DNA of 64,000 nucleotides from Mizuhopecten yessoensis (lineage: Eukaryota). Position numbers and translations under genes: made by a program. Below, piece after piece: positions 1-12,500 of this stretch (positions are counted from its first letter, which is position 1; each line of letters starts with the position of its first letter). The DNA lies in the NCBI RefSeq assembly GCF_002113885.1, contig NW_018408638.1, positions 1,307,715 to 1,371,714 on the forward strand, in the 5' to 3' direction. Under the pieces are notes generated by a model. The model searched no databases. It saw nothing but the letters and a program-made list of their open reading frames with translations, and was not told the DNA's origin.

Positions 1-645
1 CTCGATGGTAATCCAGCGTCTGTCCCATGCCGTCTGCTACTCGTCATTCCGATTGACGTCATCTGATCTGACGGTAAGTACTGTAATGGCGTACTTTACA
101 CGGGAAACGTGAATAGACCAAACGATCAATTAAACGGCCACTAATGGGCGCCACACCCGTATCAAACCATCCAGTTAGGTGATGATATAACGGATATTTC
201 GGAAGATCACGATAGTAACCACGTAGTAATTTGGCGAGAGATGATAAGATAGGATGTTGGATGCTTTGTTCAAAATAAGAGATTCAATAATGATATAAAA
301 CGGGACAGCAAACCCTTGCGGTGAGTATGCCTAGATCTTCGCTGTAAACGTTTGGCGTGCTGAGCTCGACCTATCTACATCCTTCCCTCGTGTTTCTATG
401 TAACATATAATGATTATAAAAGCCGACATACACGTCAACAATCGTTAAAGATATTCTGAAATTATTATGTGGTAATGACAAACATACGAATAATAAGGTT
501 GCTTCAATCACATTTCACGCTTTTGTTTGTTGCTTTTCCAATCCATACAAGATTTCAATTAGACGTATTTAAAAAAAAACGAGCTTAAATCAGAAATGCT
601 TGAAAATGAAAGAATTTGTAATTCACTAGAGTCCATAAATAGATG

Positions 646-1609
646 AACAAGAGCACTCCAAGCGGAAGCATGATACGCCCGTCAGACCCTCGGAAGGGCA
701 TTGCTATATTAGAAGCAAGTAGTGACATGTGATGTAAATGTTTTTACTGCAACCGTTTTGTTGGTAACTGTGACCTTGCCATTATTGACTATGTTTATGG
801 CGCTAGCTATTTTATTTTTCAGAATAACACTTTCGTGGTCAATGTTGCTATTACTAAAACTAGAACAATGGTTTTGAGGAAGGAGTCTTAAATAAATAAT
901 TAAAAGGTTGATGCCCTTATTTGGCAATGAAAAAGGGGCATAACTCTGCCGAATAGCGTTTAAATGTCACGAATTAAGAACTATTCAAAGTATTCAGGTA
1001 ATGAAAAAACCAAGTAGTTTAACTAAAATCGGGGAACACTTGTTAAGTTTAAGTCGACAGATAATGTCCTTATTTATGCAATGAAAGAAGCATAGCCCCG
1101 CAATGAAAAAGTGACAAAACTCTGCCGAATAGCAGTTAAATATCCTATCCGATGCATTCAGGTAATGAAACATCCCACCAAGTTTGACAAAAATTGAGAA
1201 CAATTGTTTGAGTTATCGCGTAAACAAGCAAAAATTAACGGCAAAAATGATGAACAGCTTTGCTATGTCAAGTGTGATATGCCAAAATGCGGAAGGTTGA
1301 AAGTCATCAGAAAAAACGTGTAATATATGTCGAAAGTTAATGCTTCTAGCATTAACGTACAACATTTGAAAGGAATTTATTTAAAATAAAAATGTTTACT
1401 ACACAATGCCCTTATTTGGCAACAAAAACTTGTTGGAGCTATATTGGTATGCAATATGTAAACTAGGTTTCATTAAGTTATGTTCGTAAATGAAGGCAGG
1501 GGAGCGATGACAAGGAAAAGTTAACGGACGGACGGACATCGGACATCGGACATCAGACAAGGCAGCCCATACCATAATACGACTCGTCGGACGACGGGCG
1601 TATACAAAA
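646..1609 (+). mobile_element. Non-autonomous Helentron-type element (HINE-like)
   Basis: Starts AACAAGAG. Subterminal inverted repeat ATACGCCCGTC (673-683) / GACGGGCGTAT (1593-1603). Internal degenerate repeats (ATGCCCTTATTTGGCAA at ~911, ~1063, ~1406), a (GGAC)n tract at ~1525-1558, and a 3' hairpin followed by an A-rich end. This is the usual bivalve HINE layout. Confidence 0.7.
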
Positions 1610-2042
1610 CTTGTTAACTTACAAACTCCAAAAGGATCAGAAATCGATAACTGACGGCTAACACAAACACCACATCACCTACCGCTGTAAGATAAACACA
1701 TTACCATAATTGTGAGTCGTTTTATGTGCAAAATACATGCAACCCTGTCCTTACCTTTGTCAATACGTTGAACAGTCGGGATAATTGTAACTAGCCCAGT
1801 TTTGAACGGTTGTTGTTTTATTGAAGGTACTTTACTTTAAGTATATTTTTTTTTTTATATAGGACAGCATTATTGGCGTGAAGGTTTCATGTCGCTCCAG
1901 GATACCCAAAGTGACTTGGCACAACAATCGCCCGGTTAATTTCAACACTGACAAACGCAGAACACTTCGTATCACCGTCCCATAATTCAAGTAGTGATAC
2001 CTCAATCTGCATTCAAATAATAGTTTTTACTTTACAGACAGG

Positions 2043-3374
2043 ATGACAAATGACTCTGCAGGAATAGCCGGAAGTACGTTACTGTGGTTTGCCAACGAGA
2101 GAGAGGTAGAAATTTACTTGCCCGCGATGCTTTTTGCTGGCTCCATGATGGTGCTCGGACTGGTAGGCAATGGGTTTGTGTTCTATGCTTACGGCTATCG
2201 GTTCAAGAAGACGTGTGCTAATGTATACATATACTGGTTGTCTGTGTTTGACCTCGTGTGCTGTGTGGTCAGCATTCCTTTTGAGATATTTCAGATCCGT
2301 TTTCCTCTGATGTATGGAGACGTCATCCCGTGTAAACTCATCCGGACGGTAGCCATGGTGGCGTATGTGTCGGAAGGTCTTCTGTTGTTATGTATATCCC
2401 TGGATCGGTACTACAAGATATGTCACCCAATGAGGACCTTTCTGATTCATTCTCCACACAGGAATATCTTCTACACCTTCATTCTGGCGCTCTGTATTTC
2501 TTGGCCGACCGCCTTTGTCTATGGAACCATGACAATCAAGATGGCGGCGCCGGGGATCGTAGCAACAACATGTTCCATTGATGATTCGCTTGGCGAATTG
2601 TTCCCTGGATTGTACTATGGTTTCCTCCTCTTTATCGTCGTCGGGGGATTCTTTCTGCTCCTGTTCGTCTATATACGCATTGTACGGGTCGTCTACCACT
2701 GGTCTAGACACAATCTGGGGGAGTCTACAAGAGTTCTTGCGAAGGATAGAGTGAATGCACACAGCAATTCGTCTAAAATAAACAGAAACCAGAATACTGG
2801 CGAGGTGTTTATGACTGTGAGATCAATCAATTGTTCAGAACGACACTCACAACAAATGGCAAACTTTGTGGAAACCAATAGTCCGAAACGCTTAATAAAT
2901 GTGGATCATGATCAAACCATAGAAGAACACGGAACTACCAGTAACAATTTGACCGAGTGTGAATCCTCGACGTCACCGGAAGAAATGTCAGGAGGGAACA
3001 ATGAGCAGCCAAAGCAGCTAGATTTAAAAAGGCACGCAAATATCTCAAAAACTACCTTTATATTCATAGTAGTAACTGCTAGTTTCGTATTCAGTTATGT
3101 CCCTTATCTCGCCACCGAGATTATCCTCAAGTGTAACATAGTGGACTTCCGGAAGCAGAGCATCCGCGTTCAGCAGTTGATAGAGGTTGCCGTGAAGACT
3201 TATTGCATAAACAACGCTTCCAATCCTATCATATACAGCATCTTTAACCGAGACTTCCGAAAGGAATGTTGTCGTCTCTTCTGCCGCCAAAGGGGACCAG
3301 TTCGCTATATGTTGTCGGTGCAAAGGCGACCTGTGTGCAACACCGGAAGTGTGCCAATAGCAAGTGATAGTTAG
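2043..3374 (+). CDS. Class A (rhodopsin-like) orphan GPCR, peptide-receptor-like, 443 aa in one exon
   Basis: Seven hydrophobic segments with GN (TM1), LSVFD (TM2), C-x-L and DRY (TM3), an ECL2 Cys, FxxSYVPY (TM6), NNASNPIIY (TM7), FRKE helix 8 followed by CC, and an N-terminal NDS sequon. A splice acceptor (tttacag, ends 2037) lies just before the ATG. Confidence 0.93.
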   Translation: MTNDSAGIAGSTLLWFANEREVEIYLPAMLFAGSMMVLGLVGNGFVFYAYGYRFKKTCANVYIYWLSVFDLVCCVVSIPFEIFQIRFPLMYGDVIPCKLIRTVAMVAYVSEGLLLLCISLDRYYKICHPMRTFLIHSPHRNIFYTFILALCISWPTAFVYGTMTIKMAAPGIVATTCSIDDSLGELFPGLYYGFLLFIVVGGFFLLLFVYIRIVRVVYHWSRHNLGESTRVLAKDRVNAHSNSSKINRNQNTGEVFMTVRSINCSERHSQQMANFVETNSPKRLINVDHDQTIEEHGTTSNNLTECESSTSPEEMSGGNNEQPKQLDLKRHANISKTTFIFIVVTASFVFSYVPYLATEIILKCNIVDFRKQSIRVQQLIEVAVKTYCINNASNPIIYSIFNRDFRKECCRLFCRQRGPVRYMLSVQRRPVCNTGSVPIASDS

Positions 3375-3879
3375 GACGCGAAGCTTTGATAAAACAATGC
3401 GATAAGAGCTGTCTAAAAAGTATTTACATATATAAATCGCTTCCGTTTTGTTGGAGGACATAATGATCTGACTTTGTGGCTGGGAACGAAGCAGATTATG
3501 TTTTGCATATACAACTAGTTACCATAGTTGAAAACTTGTAAGTTCGGTTAACATTCGTTCCATCTACTATTGTCACAGAATGTACTTGTTTAAAATCGAA
3601 CACTTAACAGCCAATCACAATACTTACTGTTGTTTCTGACCCTATTATACGTCCCCTCCATCATTTTGGTCAGTTTCTCGTTGATTGTGACGGGTGCTTA
3701 TGATGGTGCCACCCTTTTTAAGCTTTTGGTAAGACATTTGTCAGAATAACAAGAACCGTGATGTGTGGTGCTCCAGTTACGACATTTCAGAGTACTGTAT
3801 TGTAATTGTTTGTAGTCCGTGGGTGGCGACATGTATTATGGTGACTACGAATGCGTATGCATTATGGTGACTTTGACCC

Positions 3880-6800
3880 AATATGTTCTGTTCGTCACTT
3901 CCGTCCACGGTATAGTGAGTTCGGCATTTTTTGACCCAATGTTCTGTTTGTAAAGTCCTTCCACGGTATTATGTTACGTTTGTGACGTACTTCCACGGTA
4001 TAATGTTCCGTTTGTGACGTCCTTCCACGGTATAATGATCTGTTTGTGACGTCCTTCCACGGTATAATGTTCTGTTTGTGCGGTCCTTCCACGGTATAAT
4101 GTTCCGTTTGTGACGTCCTTCCACGGAATAATGTTCTGTTTGTGACGTACTTCCACGGTAGAATGTTCTGTTTGTGACGTACTTCCACGGTAGAATGTTC
4201 TGTTTGTGACGTACTTCCACGGTATAATGTTCCGTCTGTGACGTCCTTCCACGGTAAAATGTTCCATTTGTGACGTCCGTCCACGGTATAATGTTCCGAT
4301 TGTGACGTCCTTCCACGGTTTAATGTTCCGTTTGTGACCTTCTTCCACGGTATAATGTTACGTTTGTGACGTCCTTTCTCGGTATAATGTTCCGTTTGTA
4401 ACGTCCTTCCACGGAATAATGGTCTGTTTGTGACGTCCTTCAAAGGTATAATGTTCCGTTTGTTACCTCCTTCCCCGGTTTAATGATTGTTCGTCACTTT
4501 CGTCCACGGTATAGTGAGTTCGGCATTTTTTTACCCAATGTTCTGTTTGTAACCTCCTTCCACGTTATAATTTTCTGTTTGTAACGTCCTTCCACGGTAT
4601 AAAGAGTTCGGCATTTTTTAACCCAATGTTCCGTTTGTGACGTCGTTCCACGGTATAATGAGTTCTGCATTTTTTAACTCAATGTTCCGTTTGTGACGTC
4701 GTTCCACGGTATAATGAGTTCTGCATTTTTTAACTCAATGTTCCGTTTGTGACGTCCATCCGCGGTATAATGAGTTCGGCATTTGGTATAATGTTCTGTT
4801 TGTGCCGTCCTTCCACGGTATAATTTTCTGTTTGTGACGTCCTTCCAGGGTATACTGTTCCATTTGTGACGTCCGTCCACGGAATAATGTTCCGTTTGTG
4901 ACCTTCTTCCACGGTATAATGTTCGGTTTGTGACGTCCTTCCACCGTATAATGTTCCGTTTGTGCGGTCCTTCCACGGTATAATGGTATAATGATGTGTT
5001 TGTGACGTTCTTCCACGGTATAATGTTACGTTTGTGACGTCCTTTCTCGGTATAATGTTCCGTTTGTCACGTCCTTCCACGGTATAATGTACCGTTTGTG
5101 CCGTCCTTCCACGTTATAATGTTCCGTTTGTGAGGTCCTTCCACGGTATAATGAGTTCGGCCTTTTTTAACCCAATGTTCCGTTTGTGACGTTCTTCCAC
5201 GGTATAATGTTCGGTTTGTGACGTCCTTCCACTTCCGTTTGTGACGTCCTTGAAAGGTATAATGTTCCGTTTGTCACGTCCTTCCACGGTATAAGGGTCT
5301 GTTTGTGACGTCCTTCTGCGGTATAATGATCTGTTTATGACGTCCTTCCACGGTATTATGTTCCGTTTGTGACGTCTTTCCACGGTATAATGATCTGCTT
5401 GTGACGTCCTTCCACGGAATAATGGTCTGTTTGTGACGTCCTCCCACGGTATAATGTTCTGTCTGTATGGTAATAGTTTGTAGTCCGTGGGTGGCGACAT
5501 GTATTATGGTGACTATGAATGCGTATGCATTACGGTGACTTTGACCCAATATGTTCTGTTCGTCACTTCCGTCCACGGAATAGTGAGTTCGGCATTTTTT
5601 GACCTAATGTTCTGTTTGTAACGTCCTTCCACGGTATATTGTTCCGTTTGTGCCCTCCCTCCACGGTATAATGTACCGTTTGTGCCGTCCTTCCACGTTA
5701 TAATGTTCTTTTTGTGCGGTCCTTCCACGTTATAATGTTCCGTTTGTGCCGTCCTTCCACGTTATAATGTTCTTTTTGTGCGGTCCTTCCACGGTATAAT
5801 GGTATAATGATGTGTTTGTGACGTTCTTCCACGGTATAATGTTCTTTTTGTGCGGTCCTTCCACGGTATAATGATATGTTTGTGACCTCCTTCCACGGTT
5901 TAATGAGTTCGGCATTTTTCGACCCAATGTTCCGTTTGTGACGTTCTTCCACGGTATAATGTTACGTTTGTGACGTCCTTCCAGGGTATACTGTTCCATT
6001 TGTGACGTCCGTCCACGGTATAATGTTCCGGTTGTGACGTCCTTCCACGGAATAATGTTCCGTTTGTGACCTTCTTCCACGGTATAATGTTACGTTTGTG
6101 ACGTCCTTTCTCGGTATAATGTTCCGTTTGTTACCTCCTTCCACGGTTTAATGAGTTCGGCATTTTTTAATCCAATGTTCCGTTTGTGACGTCCATCCGC
6201 GGTATAATGAGTTCGGCAGTTTTCGACCCAATGTTCCGTTTGTGACGTTCTTCCACGGTATAATGTTCTGGTTGTGACGTCCTTCCACGGAATAATGTTC
6301 CGTTTTCGACGTCCTTCCACGGAATAATGTTCTGTTTGTGACTTCCTTCCACGGTATAATGAGTTCTGCATTTTTTAACTCAATGTTCCGTTTGTGACGT
6401 CCTTCCGCGGTATAATGTTCTGTTTGGGACGTCCTTCCACGGTATAATGGTCAGTCTGTGACGTCCTTCCATGGTTTAATGTTTCGTTTGTGACGTCCTT
6501 CCAGGGTATACTGTTCCATTTGTGACGTCCATCCACGGTATAATGATCTGGTTATGACGTCCTTCCACGGTATAAAGAGTTCGGCATTTTTTAACCCAAT
6601 GTTCCGTTTGTGACGTTCTTCCACGGTATAATGTTCAGTTTGTGACGTCCTTCCATGGGTATAGTGAGTTCGGCATTTTTTGACCCAATGTTCCGTTTGT
6701 GACGTTCTTCCACGGTATAATGTTACGTTTGTGACGTCCTTTCTCGGTATAATGTTCCGTTTGTTACCTCCTTCCCCGGTTTAATGATTGTTCGTCACTT

Positions 6801-7985
6801 TCGTCCACGGTATAGTGAGTTCGGCATTTTTTGACCCAATGTTCTGTTTGTTACGTCCTTCCACGGTATAAAGAGTTCGGCATTTTTTAACCCAATGTTC
6901 CGTTTGTGACGTCTTTCCACGGTATAATGAGATCGGCATTTTTTAACCCAATGTTCCGTCTGTGACGTCCTTCCACGGTTTAATGTTCTGTTTGTGACTT
7001 CCTTCCACGGCATAATGTTCCGTTTGTGACTTCCTTCCACGGTATAATGGTCCATTTGTGACGTCCGTCCACGGTATAATGTTCCGTCTGTGACGTCCTT
7101 CCACGGTATAATGTTCTGTTTGTGACGTCCTTCCACGGTATAATGGTCTGTTTGTGACGTCCTTCCATGGTTTAATGTTCCGTTTGTGACCTCCTTCCAC
7201 GGTATAATGTTCCGTTTGTGACCTCCCTCCACGGTATAATGTTCCGTTTGTGACGTCCTTCCACGGTATAATGTTCCGTTTGTGACGTCCTTCCACGGTA
7301 TAATGATCTGTTTGTGACGTCCTTCCACGGTATAATGTTCTGTTTGTGACGTCCTTCCACGGTTTAATGAGTTCGGCATTTTTGACCAAATGTTCTGTTA
7401 TAAATATAAAAAAATTATTTATTTAACAACAATTATGAAACATGTTATTTCAACTTATATAAATCACTCTTGTTGGCTTGGATGTTAGCGCGCGAAGGGT
7501 TTATATGTGGAAGGAAACCGGAGTACCCGGAGAAAACCCACGTGTTCGGGCAGGTGACCATACCATTTCACGTCCGATCGGGGAATCGAACCCCGGCTAT
7601 CCACTGCATCACCCGCCACCAGTTCTGTTTTTGACGACCTTCCACTGTATATTGATTTCGGATTTTTTTTACCCAACGATCTGTTTGTGACGCCCTTCTA
7701 CATTTTAACAAGTTTTGGTATTTTGGGGCTTAATGTTTTCTCTGTTACCTCCCTCTTTCAATTGATCATGACTTCGGCAATTTTAAACCAAATGTTTGGC
7801 GAAGACGCCCTTCCTTAGTATATCAATATTCGGCTTTTTTTCTGGTCCAATACGTCTTTCTAATGAGTTCGGCCATTTTAATACACAATGTTCTGTGTAT
7901 GATGTCCTTCCACCGTATGACGAGTTCCGATTTTGTGTGCCCATGCAATCTTCTGTGTACACGTGACGTCCTTCCACGGTAAAAT
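3880..7985. repeat. ~4 kb minisatellite, 32-bp unit CCACGGTATAATGTTCCGTTTGTGACGTCCTT with ~54-bp variant units
   Basis: Visible tandem units; the long variant carries a GAGTTCGGCATTTTTTAACCCAAT-type insert. The array degenerates at its right end. Confidence 0.95.
7400..7621 (-). mobile_element. tRNA-derived SINE with V-domain-like core, inserted in the minisatellite
   Basis: The minus strand has a B-box GGTTCGATTCCC, then GTGGGTTTTCTCCGGGTACTCCGGTTTCCTTCCAC (V-SINE-type core) and an AT-rich tail. Candidate TSD GTTCTGTT at 7392-7399 and 7622-7629. Confidence 0.75.
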
Positions 7986-8613
7986 GATATAGGACTCTGC
8001 ATCGCCTGTGTACGTGCCATTGGTTGGAATATTAACTTTCTAAATCAGCTTTCCAATTAGTCGCTGGTGTACTCGATATATGTAGTGTATAGTATACAAC
8101 CCGACAGTCTGCCTTAGCTTAGAGTGGTGCTGGTGAAAAACTTATGATGTCCCAGAGGCAGGGATTGTCCGTGAAATAACATGAAAACACAAGAAAAAAA
8201 TGTGTAGGAAAAGATCTTATAAAACGTGTCATCAGCTTTTTATTAGCGAGTCCAGAACATTTTATGGTAAAACATGTTTTGTTTGGTTCCTTTTTATGTA
8301 AATGACTTTCAGGGGCGTGGTTCAGATCTCCCTCCCACATGTACAGTCTGTATACTGTAGAACACGAAATGTTTGTTGTTTCTTTCCTTCGTGGTTTGAA
8401 GCCATTCGTGGATATTTTATATGAACAAACAGTAGTCACGTGTATCATTCAAATTTGTTCTATTTATTTTCATGGTTCAATAGCAACCACGAAAACCACG
8501 AATGTTTATACAAAACGAACAGTTCATGTTATACAATATATATAACATGTATACATGTACATAATACATATGGGGCAAAGAAGTAATTCCAACAGTGTGG
8601 ACAAGTTTAGGTT

Positions 8614-8650
8614 GTCAAATTTTCGGAGCGATCCGCTCCTTTTTCAAGAC
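8614..8650 (-). ncRNA. Minimal hammerhead-ribozyme-like motif (U3-A8 variant), probably a Penelope-like element remnant
   Basis: The minus strand reads GTC-TTGAAAA-A-GGAGCG-GAT-CGCTCC-GAAA-ATTT-GAC: variant core, perfect 6-bp stem II, palindromic stem III region, 3-bp stem I. Confidence 0.5.
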
Positions 8651-9510
8651 GCAGTGAAACAGAACAGTTACGTATATACATGTGCATATATACGGTGCTT
8701 AATTGGGGTGGGGTGGGGTGGGGGATAAACGTGGCTCTGGATCTGGTCTGGATGTAACACAGACTTAGAATAAAATAATTCCGCGGTGCTATTTTTTTTG
8801 TAAAATGTGTCCAGCTGAAATCATAATGATCTCATCCTAGATTGAAATTTGGAGTCCGACATCCAAGAGATCAAATTACCAAGACTACTTTTCCCTTTAT
8901 TTTTCTGTTGACTGTTAAAGAATCTAGAGATGTAGGCAACATTACTAAAAAAAGATTGACGAGGAAAACATATTTTATGTTTATTATGTTTAACACGGAA
9001 TTAGATCCAAGTCCGTACGTGGTTTAATAAAATATATCATATAAGAAAATCATTCGTGTTTTGAACAAAATATCGATTATAGAACAAATCTATGTAGAAC
9101 AATATAATGTATAGAACAAAAAATAGAATGAAGAACAAAGTAGCTGATATCTAACGTAGGATATTAGTAAATTTTACACCGGATATATTCTATACGTTGA
9201 ACAAAGTACATCTGCATGATTGAAACAGAATATCTGATTTCACAATAAGGAAACTAGGAATGAATAAAGTGTATGGGTCGTGGAGGCGAGTTTTCCCTCC
9301 TTGTTCAATATTTAATATGACAATAAATCGAGGGAATAAAAAGCTACCACACGATGACACGACCGCGGCTTTTTGTCAACATGACCACGTGACCATCTCC
9401 TAGGTGCCCTCATTTGCATAAAGTTGTTTAGACATGGCGGACGGTGTCGCAGTATACGGTTGAAAGCATATCGAGTTGGTGACATTACCGGTGAAAAGTG
9501 CTGGACAAAC

Positions 9511-12500
9511 ATGGCTGATACGGGAGGATACAACTTGGATCTTGACAACCAGAAACGCAATGTGTTCGTCACGCAACTCAACGAAAGGTAAGGTTCCGTG
9601 AGGACGCTGTGAATACCACGCAATGATAACAGGTGTTTGAATTATAGATGTAGTCAATTACAGGTGTGCATGATAATGGTGTTCGTCACGCACGGGGAGA
9701 TTCTACCGCTAGATTTCCGTAAACCGTGGCAAGACTGGAATGAAGAGTACATATTTGGTTGATACATTACAGTTTTGACAATTGGTAATAGGTAATCAAA
9801 GTGCATTTTAATCAAGAATTAACACCCACCAGCTCTTACTGTTGACAGACCAAAGCAATATAGTTATTTATTCATTTGTATTGATTAGATGTTAACATGC
9901 AACATATGTTCCATTCCTCTGTTTAATAAACTCTCTATTACCCGGTAAGATTTATTTAAAATCTTTGGTGTATATGATTAATTACGTACTGTAATCAACC
10001 GCATGTACAGTATAACCCCATTATACTGCCACCTTCCGTCAATTGACATATTGGCAGTAATACAAATTTGGCAGTACAACGAGTTCCCACGTTAATTGAC
10101 AAGTGATCTATGTATCCATGTACATTTACATATGTTTGTTCAGGCGCACATATATGCCACATCTAAACAATGAAAATTCCAACATACATATGCAATTATT
10201 ATTGTACATAAACATTTTGATACAATAAATAGTTTGCAAATTTAAATTAGCAATAGTAACTGTACGATCATTATGTTGCATGCGAGTAATAAACGTTTGT
10301 TGTACTGTAGAGTAGGCCTACCGTTCCGACCAGATTGTCAGTTTCAAGTGCCTTACATATTCACTTACCAAAAAAGTCATCAAGGTTTGTCTGCTTTGCG
10401 GTATTATTGACGATATTTATAATTGTCTGTTGCAAGTACAAGCATTTTGGGATGTCAGATTCTGAACTGAAGTTTGAATGTTCAAGAAATTTGATCACAG
10501 TCTCGATACCTTGCTTCATCACCAAATCGTTTCAATTTTGTATGTACCTACATAATAAGGTAATTTGATAGTACCGAGATTGGATACATTTAACAGTAGT
10601 AACTAGTGATGTCAAAGTTTTTGGGATAAGATGAAAAAAATGAATATAAAAAACACTGCCACAGGTTAAAACAACTTCTTAAATATCTATGGCCATTAAT
10701 TAGTCCATAATGTGTATTTGTCCCCAGATAAACGATTACCTGTCATCAGCCTCATCAGCGAAATCATCATTACTGCTTCTGTACAGGCACAATTACATTT
10801 ATTTGATAAATTACTGATTTTCAAGACATGTTCTATTGATTTTGCTTATAATTTTGTCATCATTTTAAAATGCTATTTTGTATTTCCCGATTTTTATTTT
10901 ATTTTTAAATTCTAGCAGTTAATTATTTGTTGTTCTCATGGAATTAATACTTTTTGTGACTTTGATAAAGAGTTATATTATCCTATAAATCCCCATCACT
11001 TTGCAGTTCAGACTGTAGATATATACTGTACACTGGGAATGTTGATCCAGTTGAACTGTTGCCCTCCACGGGTAAAATCCTCATCCTCCAAGATTTAATT
11101 TTGCCCTTAACGTGTTGTTCTATTAAATTTTTAAACACTGTATGGAATTAGATATATCAGCATTTTTCTTTGATCAAATACATTTTCTGTACAGAATTAG
11201 ATATATCAGCATTTTTCATGATCAAATAAATTTTCTGTACAGAATTAGATATATCAGCATTTTTCTTTGATCAAATAAATTTTCTGTACAGAATTAGATA
11301 TATCAGCATCTTTCGTTGATAATTTTTCTTAGGTTGGTAAGTTTGAACTGTAGAAAAGTTATATATAACAAGTAGGAAGTGTTGATGACTAGTAGGGTAC
11401 ATACTTACATACCTGGTCACCTTCATCAGACAAATCAACAGTGAATTTGTTTTCTTCTTTGGTTTCCTTACCTTTTCCGTGTTCACTAAGTTGGACCCTA
11501 AATCGCCTACCAGTTTCTCCGATATAGGGGCATCACAGGTCCTGCATCCAATTTTTTACACACATTCTGCTACAATTTCTTTTGGTGTTCTATCCTTAGA
11601 GTGTACAGGGATATTTTGAAGAGTCTTGACAGGCTTCATGGCGACTGGAATTCGCATAGCAGCCAGATGACATGAGCCCATTTTAATATTAATGTTATCC
11701 AAATGAAAGAAGGGTACAAGAAAAAAGGTTTGATCACAAAGATGAATCAAAGGAAATTAATGTTTTATTTATATTGCAGAGATGATGAGGATGAGATCAC
11801 AGCGTTCCCCGTCGTCAAGGAGTCTGGTGACAAACTCATTGAGACGGGGATCAACACACTCCAGAAAACTCTGCTACTCAAGAAACAGGTGGAGGTAGAG
11901 GCAGTGGACATGGAGCTGTACGCCAAGCGCCAAGAGTTCAAACACAAAATGGAGCAGTGTGCCCAGCGTCAGATAGACATTCAGAAGCGGCAGCAACAGG
12001 TATTGGAGTTTGCACCGTGTACTTGTATAGGAGTCCCTGTAGTTTTACCCCTGTGTCAGTACTTTTAAGTATAGGGGGAGATCCCTGTCTATGACCGATT
12101 GACCATTGACGTAAAATGGTAAAAATATATATATGTATATGTAGTTTAAAATGAGTTTCCCACAGCTATTTATCAAAATTATCTCTTGGCTGCAATTGAT
12201 ATGTATTCTTTAACAATATCGGAACGAGAGAATTCTTTGAACTATTTACTTTCGTTGTAGTACAAAACGATCTATTGTCCTATGTAGCACTACTACATTA
12301 TTAATCAGCACACAAAGTATATTTAATTAAATTATATTTTCCTTCATGATGACACTTCCACTCCGGTACTTTGTGGACATCAAGTTCCTGTAGATTCTAT
12401 TTCTGACTTGTAAACAATTTTAGAGAGTGTATCGCCCAAATTAATGTAATTAATGTACTACCGTACCAGGTAATAATAAAATAAGACATTCTATTATGTA

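Noticed and set aside
3895-7389. Many overlapping minus-strand ORFs (EGRHKRNIIPWKDVTNGTLYRGRTSQTEHYTV repeats)
   Set aside because: Translation of a stop-poor 32-bp satellite cycling through three frames; indels between units do not preserve frame.
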